In this document: one piece after another, positions 37,370-50,917 of the stretch
How positions within the stretch are numbered: the first letter of the stretch is position 1
Layout: each line of letters opens with the position of its first letter
DNA from: Octopus vulgaris
Lineage: Eukaryota
DNA length: 64,000 bases
Assembly: GCA_951406725.2 (NCBI GenBank)
Contig: OX597816.1
Location: 57,722,001 to 57,786,000 of the forward strand
Direction of reading: 5' to 3'
The notes under the pieces: model-generated
Told to the model about the DNA's origin: nothing
Database searches by the model: none
The model's input: only the letters and a program-made list of their open reading frames with translations
Made by a program: the position numbers and the translations under genes

Positions 37370-38000
37370 ACTACTTCTAATGACCCCCACCATCTCCCCA
37401 AGCATTTCAGGGAGTCTATTGTCAGTGCATTTTTAGTGCTTATTCTACCTGCACATTTGCCACACACAAAGGCTATATTCTCTGTTAACCTTCCTGTGAT
37501 GCTGCCACATTTCTTCTGTATCCAAAGCTTGCACTGGATACAACGTATGGAATTTCTGCCAACACCCTTCTTACATATTGAGCAGAGTCATCTCCCTAAA
37601 GAGACTTATGATTTGTCTGTTTTCCTACTTACTAGGGCTTTGGTTTTTGCTAAATTAACTCTAAGGTCCAGGTCTTGCTTCCACACCCAAAGTTTCTTTT
37701 CCAGGTCAGATAGTGATTTAGCTATAAGAACGAGGTCATCAGTGTAGAGAAGCTCCCAGGTGCAGCCAATGTTGAATTCCTCTGTTAAGGCCTGAGGGAC
37801 TAAGATAAACAAGAGGAGACTGAGAACTGAGCCTTGGTGAACTCCTACCTTTACACTGAATTCATTGCTACACTTGTTGCCAACTTTTACCTTACTCACA
37901 GCATCCCTGTAGATGGTTTGTACAGCTCTCACTAACCACTCATCTATTCCTAGTTTCTGCATTGCCCACCAGATAAGAGAGCAGAGGACTCGGTCAAAGG
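37370..38000 (-). mobile_element. RTE-clade LINE reverse transcriptase fragment
   Basis: FDRV..IWWAMQKLGI...VGVHQGSVLS...ELLYTDDLVLIA...VNLAKTK. Confidence 0.85.
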
Positions 38001-40184
38001 TTATCTTGATGTCAACAGTACAGTTTATTTTTGGCTGGATTCCTGTGCCAATAGCACATAAAAAGCACCATCTGAATGTGGTCAATGCCAGCCCACCCTG
38101 CCCCAACTGGCTCCTGTGTCTGTAGCACATAAAACGCACCATCTGAATGTGGCCAATGCTAGTGCCATCTAACTGGCTCAAATGCCGGTGGCATGTAAAA
38201 AACACCCACTACGTTCTCGGAGTGGTTAGCATTAGGAAGGGCATCAAGCTGCAGAAACCTTGCCAGATCAGACTAGAGCCTGGTGCAGCCGCTGGCTCTC
38301 TAGACGTCAAACCATCCCACCCATGCCAGCATGGAAAACGGACATTAAACGATGGTGATGATGATGATGATGACTTCTCCTGTAGTTACCTAACCACGAA
38401 TATAGCATCAGTCATGCTCCAGAACAAAATTTAGATAGGGTCCTCAGGGGTAAAACCAGATCTGAAATCACACAGTTGCAACACAGACTTCTTAACCACA
38501 CAGCCAAGCTTTAAGAAAAGGAGAAAACCCAGATGATTTTGTATCAAAGATCTCAAGGAGTGTCAGAAGATCGGGCTAGGTGTGGGGGCATGCGCCTTTG
38601 CAGAGCGTTGCTGCATTCACCATTTGTTGGTATGTTCCCAGGTCCTCCTGAGTGACCCATCAAGCAGTCCCAGTCAGCCTCCTATCTCCACAAGATACCT
38701 TCTCTTCGGCCACGACTATGTGGCATGGCATGTGGTTGACCAACACAAACTGTCAACCCAATTGGATCCTCAAAGAGAGAACATGGTAAGTAGGACCTAA
38801 CTTGGAAAGTCAAGCAACATGGCCAAACAGTTTCAACTGATGCTCCCAAATCATACAAGTAGCAGAATACATCGCAGTTTCTGAGTAGAGTCATTGGTTG
38901 TCTGCAAAATTTGGCCAGTGGTGCCCCATTAGGTGAACTCTTATACTGAGTGTCTGCCAGGGTACCTGGTTGTAGAAAATTTACATCAACTCCAGGCTCG
39001 GAAAAGTGGAGATCAAATGATGATGATGATTGTGTGTGAGTGTATATTAAGTGTATGTATGGGTGTGTGGTTAAGAAATTTCTTTCAAAGCCACATGGTT
39101 TTCAGTTCAATTTCACTGTCATGGCACCTTAGGCAAGGGTCTTCTACTATATTCTTGTGCAAACCAAAGGCTTGTGTGTAGATTCAGCAAATGGGGATTG
39201 ATAGAAGGCTGCTCTATACATGTTTATACATATATATATATATATATATATATCATCATCATCATCATCATCATTTAACATCCATCTTAACATGCATGGA
39301 TAGGACGGTTAACAGGAACTGACCAGGTAGAAGACTACCCTAGGCTACTGTGTATTTTGGTAGGGTTTTTACAGCTGGATGCCCTTCCTAACACCAACCA
39401 CTCTGCAGAGTGGACTCAGTGCTTTTTACGTGGCACAAGCACAGGTGAGGTTAGTTTTGGCAAGAGTTTTTTTTACAGCTGGATGCCCTTCCAAATGCCA
39501 ACCACTATACAGTGTGGACTGGATGCTTTTTACATAGCACCAGCATTGGCAGGGTCACCAAATAACTTGCAAGACAAGGAGTTTTGAGAGGAGCAGGGGC
39601 ATTTTAGGAGAGGAACTTATGTCAGAGGATGGAAGGTTAGAGTGTGACAGAGAGACAGAAATAAGTGTCTTGCTACAAAGGAGGTACATGGTTACCCGGC
39701 AAGAGAGAGGAGTACAAGAAAGAGAACATATTATATGCTGATATAAAAGAGGTACATGGCTACCGAGAGGGAAGAGTTAGGGAAAGAGAGAGAGAGAGAG
39801 AGTGGGGAAACAGCAAAAGTGCAAAAGAGAGATGGTGAAGTGTCAGGGTATAGCTACAAGTAACAGGGGTCAGAGCATAGATGGGATGGCAGAGTAAGGA
39901 AGAGAGAGAGATAAATGGTAGCAGTTGCCAGGGCACACCCTCAAGGTACAGTGGTCATAATATATGTGGTCAGCTATTGCTAAGAAAGTATGAGTAGAGA
40001 GTGGGGATTGCAGTGACTGGCCAAAACCTGGGTATAAAGATGGGGCAGGGAAAGTAGCAATAAGTGAGCAGGGCAGGGAAGGAGAGTGGGAGACAATCAG
40101 TGTATGAAGAGGAAATGTGAGGAAGAGAAAGATGCAGTTTGGTTTCTTGGGGTAGGGTATAGTTGGTTGTTATTTGGGGGTGAG

Positions 40185-40760
40185 ACACATCTTCTCTAGA
40201 ACCTCATATTGCCAGACATCTTGGTCCGTTGTCATTTCCTTCATGAGCCCTAACATCCTGAGCTCGGTCCTCACCACTTCATCCCATGTCGTCCTGGGTC
40301 TCCCTTTCATAGGTACCATTTTCAGTGACAGGCACTTCTGCATATAACTGTCTTTACTCATACGCATCACATGTCCAAACCAGTGCATTCTCCTCTCCTG
40401 CATGCCACATTTAATCCCTCTTATGCCTAACTTTTCTCTCAACACAGTTGTGCTTTTCCAGTCATGCACACTGATGTTGCAAATCCAACAGAGCATACTA
40501 CCTTCATTTCTCTCCAGTCTACACATGTTGTCCACATTCAGAATCCATGTCTCACTTCCATGGCATATAGCCATTCGCATGCAATCATCATGCAATCTAC
40601 CTTTCACTCTGAGAGAGAGCCTTTTTCTTTTTTTTTGCCAAAAGAGGCAGTAATTCTCTGAACTTCCTCCATCCTATTCTTATTCTAGAAACAATACTTT
40701 CAGAGCATCCATCACCGTTGCTAATTTGGTCACCGAGATAGCAGATATAAAAATGTCGAA
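40185..40760 (-). mobile_element. RTE-clade LINE C-terminal fragment
   Basis: YLGDQIS...RIGWRKFREL; HGSETW...RRMHWFGHVMR...GRPRTTWDEVV. Confidence 0.85.
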
Positions 40761-42419
40761 ACTCTAAGAGGAGATGACAAGAGGTCAAGACAAATGATGT
40801 TATGCTGTACTTGAGAAGATCTATCCATCTCACAGGATTGAGGATCGGTCAAGCATTCCCCCACAACTCATCTTCTATTTTCTCCACTACCCCCAACACA
40901 GAACTGGTATCCTCTGTGTCCAACTCATTCTTTATCTCTAATTATCGTCTTCACTATTTTCATGCCCTGGCACTTTGCCATCATCTCTCTCCTGCTCCCT
41001 TCCACTCCCCCTCTTTCTCTCCCCTAGTCTCTCTTTTCATCTTACTCCACCTCTGATTGGTTGACCATGTATCTCCTCTACAGTGACACACCCATTACTG
41101 GCCTGAATCTTGATCACTCTTTCTCTCTCTCTCTCTCGGACCAGGTAAACATATATCTCCTCTACAGCAAGACACCTGTTTCTGTCTCTCATTTGGTACA
41201 AGGCCACCTCCTCCAATGTCCCCGCTCCTCTCAAAGGATTTTTGTCTTGCAAGTTACTTGGTGACCCTGCCATGTTAAAGGCCCACACTGTAAAGTGGTT
41301 GACATTTAGAAGGGCATCCAGCCTTAAAAAAAAACCATACCACAACTGACCTCACCTGTGTTGGTGTCACGTAAAAAGTACTCATTCCACTTTGCAAAGT
41401 GTTTGGTGTTAGGATGCCAAAACAAACACAGAAGTCTGGTGCAATCTTCTGCGTAGCCAGCTCCTGTCAAATCGTCCAACCCATGCCAGCATGGAAAATG
41501 GGCATTAAATGATGATGATCATCAGCAACATCATATAACATCCAGGTTCCACACTGCCATGAGATAGACAGTTTGACATGATCAAATGGGTCCAAGGACT
41601 ACATTGCATTCCTGTGTCAGTTTTAACATGGTTTCTACAGCAGGATGCCCTTCCTAACACTAACCACTTTACAGAATGTACTGGGTGCTTTTTTTTTTTC
41701 ATGGCACTGGCACTAGTGAGATCATCATACAACATGCAAACCATGAAACTGAAGGAGAGGAGTTTTATGTGGGTAGATGAGGGTTAAGGTATGAGAGAAG
41801 GGGTGAGACAGAGCTGGTTCGTATTGTAGGGAGCCGCATGGCTGTTCACATTCAGAAGAGAGTGGGAAGTGAATCAACTGCAGCTGCAATATCGGTGATG
41901 AGGGGTCCCGGTGGCACCTCAAGGTATGAGGTGTGAAGCAGTTGGTGGGGGACAGAGACATTAGAAGCGGGTAGGGGTTTGCAAGAGTGTGTGTGGGTGG
42001 AGATGGGAGGGGGAGGTAGGCAATGTACTGTAAGGATTGGGTAGGGTTTTTAAAGATGGATGTAGGAGGAGGAGTTGTCAATGGTGCCTGAATGGGAAAG
42101 GTAGAGGGGTGCGAGAAGACAGCAAGCAGTAACAGGGCAGTAATGATGATACAGTTGACATAAGGGTGGAGTGAACAAGAGAGAGATATTTGGGGGAGAG
42201 AGAGAGAGAGTCAGGCACAGAGTATATGAGGATAGATTTTGGTGATCCAGTGTGGGGGGAGGAAATCCATGTGTGGATATAGAGACCAATATTAATGGAT
42301 AAGAGAGATCAGGAGGGTGGGAGAGATGAGGACGGGGTAGAACACGAAGAAGAGGTTGAGTGAAATGTGCATTTGTGTGCATATATACGTCCACCCACGG
42401 TGCTTCCAGAAGTCAGTTT

Positions 42420-43410
42420 TGGCAAGTCTTTCCAAGGACCATGTAACAGCAGAAATCCTAGTTGTTTGTCATTTCCTCCAAGAGGCTTAGGATCCTGAAA
42501 TCAATCTCCAACACTTCATCCCATGTTTTCCTGTGTCTCCCTCATCTACAAGCTCCATCCACATTTCTTAATACAGCACTCCTCATCCATGTACATCACA
42601 TGTCCAGTACCTCTTATGCCTGGGTTTTCTCTTAGCACAAGTATACTACATGTTCATGCAAACTTCCAATGAAGCAAGCATGTTCTGTTGGACGTGCATT
42701 TTTATTCCAGTCTTCTCAAGTCCGTTCAATGCCCATGTCTCATTACCATGCAGCATTGCAGTTCTAAGACAAGCATCAGTCAGTCTGTCTTTCAAAGACC
42801 TTTGATACCAGTAGTGGTAAAAGCTCCTAGAACTTTCTCCAACCTGTTCTTACTCTGGCTACTATACCTTCAAAGCAATCACCTTCCTTGCTGATGTTGT
42901 CTCCGCGGTAACAAAACTATTGACTTACTTCTAATGAGCCATTCAGGCATTAAAGAGCTTTAGTTTCTGGTCTCTTCATGGAATGTATTGTTCCACTGCA
43001 TCTACTATCACAGATGCAGCTTTATGTTCTCCATTTGTCTGCCAGCGGTTCTGCTTCATCTCTTTGTTGTCCATGGCTTACATTGGGTGCTGTGTATGGA
43101 ATTTATACCAATTCTTTTTCTGCATACTGAAGTACAGCCATTTCCCTGAAGGTACTAGGGTCCTGTCTTCTTTCCTACTTGCTAGAACATTCATCTCTGC
43201 TAAACTTATCCTGAAGACTTCTTGATTCTAATTTTAGCTTCCGTGCTTGGAATTTCCTCTCCAATTCTCTTAATGATTCAGCTATGACAAGTAAATCATC
43301 AGTGTGTATTGGAGTTCCCATGGATACTCAGTCTTACACTCCTGTCATGGCCTACAGAACTATGATGAACAGGAGGGGACTGATGACTGAGCCTTCATGG
43401 ATGCTAAATT
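42420..43410 (-). mobile_element. Highly decayed RTE-clade LINE fragment
   Basis: Nucleotide similarity to 37370-38000 and 40185-40760. Confidence 0.6.
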
Positions 43411-44010
43411 CTTCAGGCCCAAAACCAAACTGTATCACAATAGGCAATGGCTGGTGGAGCTGTATCATTATGAATTGCTACAAAAAAGAAGATGCCTTAG
43501 AAAGATGCAGTTTTAAAGGAATCATAATTGGTTACGAAGGTCACAGAGATAAACCTAATCTGGAGGCACATAAAAAGCACCATCCCAACGTGGCCAATGC
43601 CACTAGCCCCTGATTGATCCCTGTGCTGGTGGCACATAAAAAGCACTATCCAAACATGATCGGTGCCAGGCCTACCTGACTGGATCCTGTGCCAGTGGCA
43701 TGTAAAAAGCATCCACTACACTCTCAGAGTGGTTGGCATTAGGAAGGGCATCCAGCTGTAGAAACATTGCCAGATCAGATTGGAGCCTGGTGCAGCTCAC
43801 TAGCTTGCCAGTCCCCAGTCAAACCGTCCGACCCATGCCAGCATGGAAAACAGATGTTGAATGATGATGATGATGATCACCTCTAGGTCTATCCAGTTGT
43901 GAATCAATTGGGTTATATGGAGGCCAGTCATGGGGTACTGGTATCGGCCATGTTCAGATGGTGGTTTTTATGTGCCACCAGATTAGGACCTTCATAACCA
44001 GTTATGATTC

Positions 44011-44177
44011 AGTTCTATATTTAAGAGATGAGGAATTATGTACATTATTTACATTCGACGGATATTTGTCCTCATCTTGTTTATTGTTAACACGGGCATA
44101 TGGCGTAGTGGTTAAGAGCGCAATCTACTAACCCCAAGATTCCGAGTTCAATTCCAAGCAGTGACATGAACAATAAC

Positions 44178-44220
<43 letters not shown>

Positions 44221-44930
44221 GCCCTGATGCAGTACCAGGCAGTGGCTCTCATGGCTTCTGATCTTAACTGATTGAAAGTGTTATCATGTACATTGTTTTG
44301 TCTCGGTATAAAAGATGGGCTACAGCAAATATTCTGCTCAATACCACAGATTTGCTTGTCAGTTGTTTGACCTTAACCAGTTGAGCATGTCCCTTAGTGG
44401 CTGACGATATGTGCATCTCTGATCACGAGCAGAAGTAGTGGGGGAGCATCATAGCCATGTGTTGAGAGGGATTCTTTGGGGTTTGAATAATTCACCTCTG
44501 GAAACATGGGTGGTTCTTTCAACATCCTTAAACAACCCTTATTCAGGGACCTTTTGAGTGGGATGGGCTACTCAACCTGAAGAAAATTCTAACTGGGCCC
44601 CACCTGCAAGGTCATGTGCTGTTTATCTTGATATAAGATCACCATGTCGCGCACATATGGTTGTGATGCATGTGCCTGGTGTACCTTTATCAGACGGGTA
44701 GTCATGATGGGTATATTGGGCTTCGTATATTTTACCCCAGTGTCACTTTGATGGCATGTACTGCTCTCTCACTCAATAATAATAATAACATTGAAAAATA
44801 CCTTAGGAATGAGATCCCAGGTTCGAAATTTCCCCCAAGACACCTGAAGAAGGCTGGAGGGTATATCAGCCAAAACATAGTGTTAACAATAAACAAGATG
44901 AGGACAAGTATCTGTTGAATGTAAATAATG
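44011..44930 (+). mobile_element. Composite Penelope-like non-autonomous element: inverted terminus, tRNA-like head, (AAT)n, hammerhead-bearing tail
   Basis: 12-bp TSD cagttatgattc at 43999-44010 and 44931-44942. Inverted repeat ~44043-44093 vs 44880-44930. tRNA A/B boxes at 44094-44165. Hammerhead at 44839-44884. Confidence 0.75.
44839..44884 (+). ncRNA. Minimal type-I hammerhead ribozyme motif
   Basis: gacac-CUGAAGA-a-GGCUG-(10 nt)-CAGCC-aAAAC-AUA|guguu. The sibling copy at ~3892 retains GAAA. Confidence 0.65.
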
Positions 44931-45675
44931 CAGTTATGATTCCTTTAAAACTGTTTCTCTCCAAGGCATCCTCTTTGCCTTTGTAACAGTTTGCAATGAT
45001 ACTGCTCCACCGGCCATTGGGTATTATTACTTCTTGTATAACTTGGTTAACTATCTGGGTGGGTGGCAATCCTGAACCCTATCTCACTGGATAAGGAGTT
45101 TGCATCTCAATTACATGATTTGGGGTTCAATCCCACTATGGGGCACCTTGCACAAGTGTCTCCTACTCTAGCCTCAGACTGACCAAAGCCTTGTGAGTAG
45201 GTTTAATAGATGGAAACTGAAAGAAGCCCATCATGTATACACACACACACACATATATATATATAGTTATGCCTTTGTGTGTTTTTGAGTCTGTGTTTGC
45301 ACCCCATCACTGCTTAACAGTGACATCATCATCATCGTTTAACGTGTTTTCCATGATGGCATGGGTTGGACGGTTTGACTGGGGACAGACAAACCAGAAG
45401 GCTGCACCAGGCTCCAATCTGATCTGGTAATGTTTCTGCAGCTGGATGCCCTTCCTAATGCCAACCACTCCGAGAGTGTAGTGGGTGATTTTTATGTGTC
45501 ACCGATATCAGAGCCAGTCTGGCGATACTGGCATCAGCCCCAATCAAATGGGGCATTTTACATGCCACCAGCATGGGAGTCAGTCAGGTAGCACTGGCAA
45601 CTAGCATGCTTGAATTGTGCTTTTTACATGCCACTGGCATGGGAGCCAGTCATATATATATATATATATATATAT

Positions 45676-45905
45676 AAGGCGGCAAGCTGGCAGAAACGTT
45701 AGCATGCCAAGCAAAATGCATAGCCGTATTTCGTCTATCGTTACGTTCTGAGTTCAAATTCCGCCGAGGTCAACTTTGCCTTTCATCCTTTCGGGGTCGA
45801 TAAATTAAGTACCAGTTACGCACTGGGGTCGATGTAATTGACTTAATACCTTTGTCTGTCCTTGTTTGTCCCATCTATGTTTAGCCCCTTGTGGCTAATA
45901 AAGAT
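45676..45905 (+). mobile_element. SINE-like family B inserted in (TA)n
   Basis: Full-length copy flanked by TA runs. Confidence 0.88.
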
Positions 45906-46596
45906 ATATATATATATATATATATTGCATCATTCTCATTTAAGGTGTTCCTTCCATGCTGGCATGGGTCGGATGCTTCAACAGTAGCTGGTAAATCATG
46001 TCCACCTTGGCATAGATTCTACAGCCAGATGCTCTTCCAAAGCCAACCACAAATGAAATTTATTTGAAGAAGAAGCATTTGTAACCTTTTATTGTCTCTC
46101 CTAGATTAGTGGAGTGTAGCTGTTTCTGACATTTTCAGAGTAATTTACAGACAGGGATGGAATTCCAGACAACTAGAGTTTGCCATTTCTTATTTATCCA
46201 TCATCATCATCATTATTTAATGCCGGTCTTCCATGCTGGCATCGGTTGCATGTATGTATATATGCTATGTTTGCATCCCCATAACTTAGCAGTTTAGCAA
46301 AAGAGATTGATAGAATAAGTATCAGGTTTTAATAATATGTTCTGAAGTTGATTTGTGTGATTAAAAATTCTTGAGGGTGGTGCCCCAGCATGGCCACAGT
46401 CTAGTGGCTGAATCAAGGAAATGATACCATTATCCCTGATTGATCTGCAGTTTACCCTCCATGTCCTCCAATCACCTTATCTACTCTGCAGCAGTCAACA
46501 TGAATTACTGGTCCTTCTGTAGACTCAGCGTACAGTTACCTCCCTTCACCTAATGCATTCTCTATATTTAACAGCCTCTTAACAGCACTTCAAGTG

Positions 46597-46975
46597 GAGG
46601 CGCAATGGCCCAGTGGTTAGGGCAGCGGACTCGCAGTCAGAGGATCGAGGTTTCGATTCTCAGTCCAGGCGTTGTGTGTGTTTATTGAGTGAAAACACCT
46701 AAAGCTCCACGAGGCTCCGGCAGGGGGTGGTGGCGCCCCTGTAGTACTCTTTCGCCCCCAACTTTCTCTCTCTCTTCCTTCCTGTTTCTTGTCCCCGACT
46801 TCCTACACAACTGCTGAGCCTGGATGCGCATTCATCCATTCATCGATGCTCTCAGTGTCATGGGTTGACCTGCTTTCTCAACTGCGGTCCTTACGAAGAG
46901 CAAAGGACCACGTTTCGGACTTCTCCCATCTTGCAAGCTCTGGGAGGAAGACCGTTCGCTCAACAGCAACAATAC
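46597..46975 (+). mobile_element. SINE family D, tRNA(Arg)-like head
   Basis: ggaggcgcaatggcccagtggttagggcagcggacTCGcagtc...ggtttcgattctc, followed by a distinct 3' tail ending in (caa/cag) repeats. Confidence 0.8.
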
Positions 46976-48160
46976 TTCAACCCTGCTGTCTTGCATTCCA
47001 TAATGACGGCAGCTATGCCTTCATCGTTCCAGATACTCTTCTCACCATTGGTTCTAAACTGTCTCACTATCCCAAACACTTTGCTCTTCTGATCCTCGCA
47101 TTGCAAGACCAGGTCAGTCATTGGGTTTGTGGTCATAATGTACGTTAGCTGTAGCAGGAACTACCCCCGAATGTCCAGTGCAGGACTCAGCTGTTTCAAT
47201 TGTGATGTCCCTCCTAGTATTAGACTTGGAGATTAAGGGTTTAATATTCACGCATTAGCTAACAAGAGAGGATTTAGGATTATGAATTTTTAGTTTGTAC
47301 CGATTAGATGCAGCAATGATAGCTTCTAAATTCAGGGATGCAGAGTAGGATAATTTCAAGGTTATTGTATTAAAGATTCTGTGGTATTTATGATGAAGAG
47401 GAACATATCATCATCAACGTCCCTTGTCCATGCTGGCATGGGTTGGACGGTTTGATCAGGCCTGGCAAGCAGAGGGGGCTGCACCAGACTCCAGTCTGAT
47501 TTGACATGGTTTCTATAGCTAGATGCTCTTCTTAACACCAACCAAACCGAGAGTGTAATGGGTGCTCTTACATTCCAGTGGCACGGGTGCCATTTGCATG
47601 ACACCAGTATCTGTCACGGCTGTGACATTGCTTGGCTTGATGGTCTTCTTCTCAAGCGTGACATAATGACAAAGGTCTCGGTCATTGCCTTTGTGAGGCC
47701 CAAATATAAAACATGATAAATGATCCTTTCTGTATAAGCACAAGGCCTGAAATCTTGGTGGGATGGGGGGGGGGAAGTCAAATACATCGACTCCAGTATG
47801 TAACTGGTACTTAGTTTATCGACCTCAGAGGGATGAAAAGCGGAATTTGAACACTGAATGTAGTGGCAGACGGAATGCCGCCAAGCATTTTGCCCAGCAA
47901 CGTTAACAATTCTGCCTTATGGAATATAATAATAAATGGCAAATATTCTTTTACCTATTTTAGTCATTTGACTGTGGCCAAGCTGGAGCACTGCCTTTAG
48001 TCAAAGAAATCAACCCCAGGACTTATTTATTATGAGCCTAGTACTTATTCTGTTGGACTCTTTTGTTGAACAGCTAGGTTATGGGAACGTAAACAAAACA
48101 ACAGCAGTTGTCAAGTGATGGTGGGTGGGGACAAATCGACACACACACAAATATATATAT

Positions 48161-48454
48161 ACTCTTTTACTTGTTTCAGTCATTTGACTGCGGCCATGCT
48201 GGAGCACTGCCTTTAGTCGAGCAACTCGACCCCGGGACTTATTCTTTGTAAGCCCAGTACTTATTCTATCGGTCTCTGTTGCCGAACCTGTAAGTGACGG
48301 GGACGTAAACACACCAGCATCAGTTGTCAAGCAATGTTAGGGGGACAAACACACACACACACACATATATATATACATATATACGACAGGCTTCTTTCAG
48401 TTTCCGTCTACCAAATCCACTCACAAGGCATTGGTCGGCCTGGGGCTATAGCAG
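48161..48454 (-). mobile_element. SINE family A (5' truncated)
   Basis: Similarity to the other family A copies. Confidence 0.85.
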
Positions 48455-48967
48455 TAGGTAAATATTTCATAAAAGACCCATTCGTAACCTCGATGTGAAA
48501 CAGTTTTTTTCGAGTGCATTCAACGTATCTCTTCTCCAAAGATTTGACTGCTATTTCTAGCACGCCCTGCTACCACGTAACAGCTATTTGCGATAAAGGA
48601 CCCGAAATACCTGTTCCATGGTAGCAGGGCGTGCAAGAAATAGCAGCCAAATCTTCCCAACCAATTAAACAAAACTCTGATGCTGGGAAACTCAGAGTTT
48701 CCCTGGTGACCCAACGGGTCACGAGTGGTCTAGTAACACACACACGCACACATATATATATATATATAGGCACAGGTGTGGCTGTGTTGTAAGAAGCTTG
48801 CTTCCCAACCACATGGTTCCGGATTCATTTCCATTGCGTGGCACCTTGAGCAAGTGTCTTCTACTATAACTTTGGGCCAACCAAAGCTTTGCAAGTGGAT
48901 TTGGTAGATGAAAACTGGAAGAAGCGTGTCGTGTATGTATACATATGTATGTATGTATATACATGTA

Positions 48968-49325
48968 TGGCTGTGTGGTAAGTAGCTTGCTAACCAACCA
49001 CATGGTTCCGGGTTCAGTCCCACTGCGTGGCATCTTGGGCAAGTGTCTTCTACTATAGCGTCGGGACGACCAAAGCCTTGTGAATGGATTTGGTAGACGG
49101 AAACTGAAAGAATCCCGTCGTATATGTGTGTCTGTGTTTGTACCCCCAACATCGCTTGACAACCGATATCGGTGTGTTTGCGTCCCCGTAACTGAGCGGT
49201 TCGGCAAACGAGACCGATAGAATAAGTACTAGGCTTACAAAGAATAAGTCCTGGGGTCGATTTTCTCGACTAAAGGCGGTGCTCCAGCATGACCGTAGTC
49301 AAATGACTGAAACACGTAAAAGAAA
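48968..49325 (+). mobile_element. SINE family A
   Basis: Similarity to the other family A copies; an extra head precedes it at ~48770-48930. Confidence 0.85.
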
Positions 49326-50203
49326 GTAAAGACAGAGAGATATTAATATATTGTCTTTTTAAAGAAAACTAAAATATACATACTTACTGTGCAAACAGCT
49401 TACATTTTTGAAATCACATTCACTTAAAAATATTCCTAAATGATTAAAATATTGTGTTTAACAAAAGCGACAACAGAAATTGTAAAAATAAATGTTTTTA
49501 TTTTTCGTTGTCAACTCTTTGTCAAATAGAAATATAAGAGTTTCTTCCCTTCCAAGATCAATATTATTTTCGGAACATTTTCTCATTACGCACCGTTTTG
49601 GTTATTTATACCCTGAAAATGTCGAATATCTTTAAAACTACTTTACCGATTTACGCGAAACTTGTTTCATTCGATCCGTATTAACATTTCTGATTAAGCT
49701 TAATTCATGTTATCTTCCCATTATGCGCCAGTTTAGCTAATTAACATTACAAGCAAGCAACATTGAAACTGACTTGTAGATAGATAGATAGATGGATGGA
49801 GAGGTACATGAAAAGCAAGTGTTCGGATTTGAGTTTGGTCGCTGAAACTAAAGTGATTACAGTGTGGAAGACATAATTTAGCTGCAAAAAGACAGACTGT
49901 TAACCTCATTTATTTAAGTAGTAGCAATAATTGTTATTGTTGTAATAATAGTCATGGTGGTAGCTGTAGTAGTAGTATTAAAATAGTATTTGTATGTACT
50001 AACAATACCAATAATTTAAATATTGACAAAAATAGAGATAGCAAAGACAATATGAATAACATTAATAAAATGTTAACGATACTAATGACAAAAAAACGAA
50101 GAGAAAACGGAAATGAGGGAAGGAATTAGGTGGAGGTGGTGGGGTTGCAGAAATAAAAATGAAAAATTAAAGCTAAAGAAAGTAAAGAATAAACAGATAA
50201 ATA

Positions 50204-50776
50204 GGTACTTTTTGGTTATTTTATTCCAATTAAAAAAATTGATGTCTCCCCACCCCCGATATTTTGGTTATCTCCCTTAGCTCAAAAAAATTGCTTAACC
50301 TTAAAAAAAAATTTTTTTATTTAATAAACAGGGAAACTGAAAAAACTAAACATTTTATTGAATCTGATTATATTTTTTTAAAACAAACCGTACCATTCCT
50401 ATTGAGGAGGCCAAAAGTCAACAATGTATTGAAGTATTGAATCAAAACGAGGCAATTTCTACTCTTCTCCTCTGGAAGCCATCTACTCGCAATACCAGAG
50501 GGCGCACACTCTCCTACCCTGATGTAATCTCCAGGGATACAGGCATCCAGTAACATGACCTCCGTAATGCTATGATAGACCGTGAAGTCTGGCGTAGCAT
50601 GGTAAATTCCATTGTCTTGACCACGGTCGAACAATAATGATGATGATTGAAACAAAAAGATCTAACTCTTTTAATCCAATCTCTTGTCACCAAATAAACT
50701 CGACTTTTAGCAGGGAGATAAAACCAATTTTTTAATGGCAATTTTTTAATGGGGGTGAGATAACCAAGAAGTACCA
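50204..50776. mobile_element. MITE with imperfect TIRs, interrupted by an RTE 3' fragment (50455-50648)
   Basis: ggtactttttggttat ... ataaccaagaagtacc. The insert matches the reverse complement of 21969-22155. Confidence 0.6.
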
Positions 50777-50917
50777 ATAAATATATTAATGAATTAGAAA
50801 AGATCAATAAAGTATGCTACATGGTAGTGAAACATGGGTTGTGACTGTGGAGGACATGTGAAAGAAATGAAAGCAGGATTCAGGAGAAAATGAAAATTCT
50901 GCCACAGAAACACTGAT

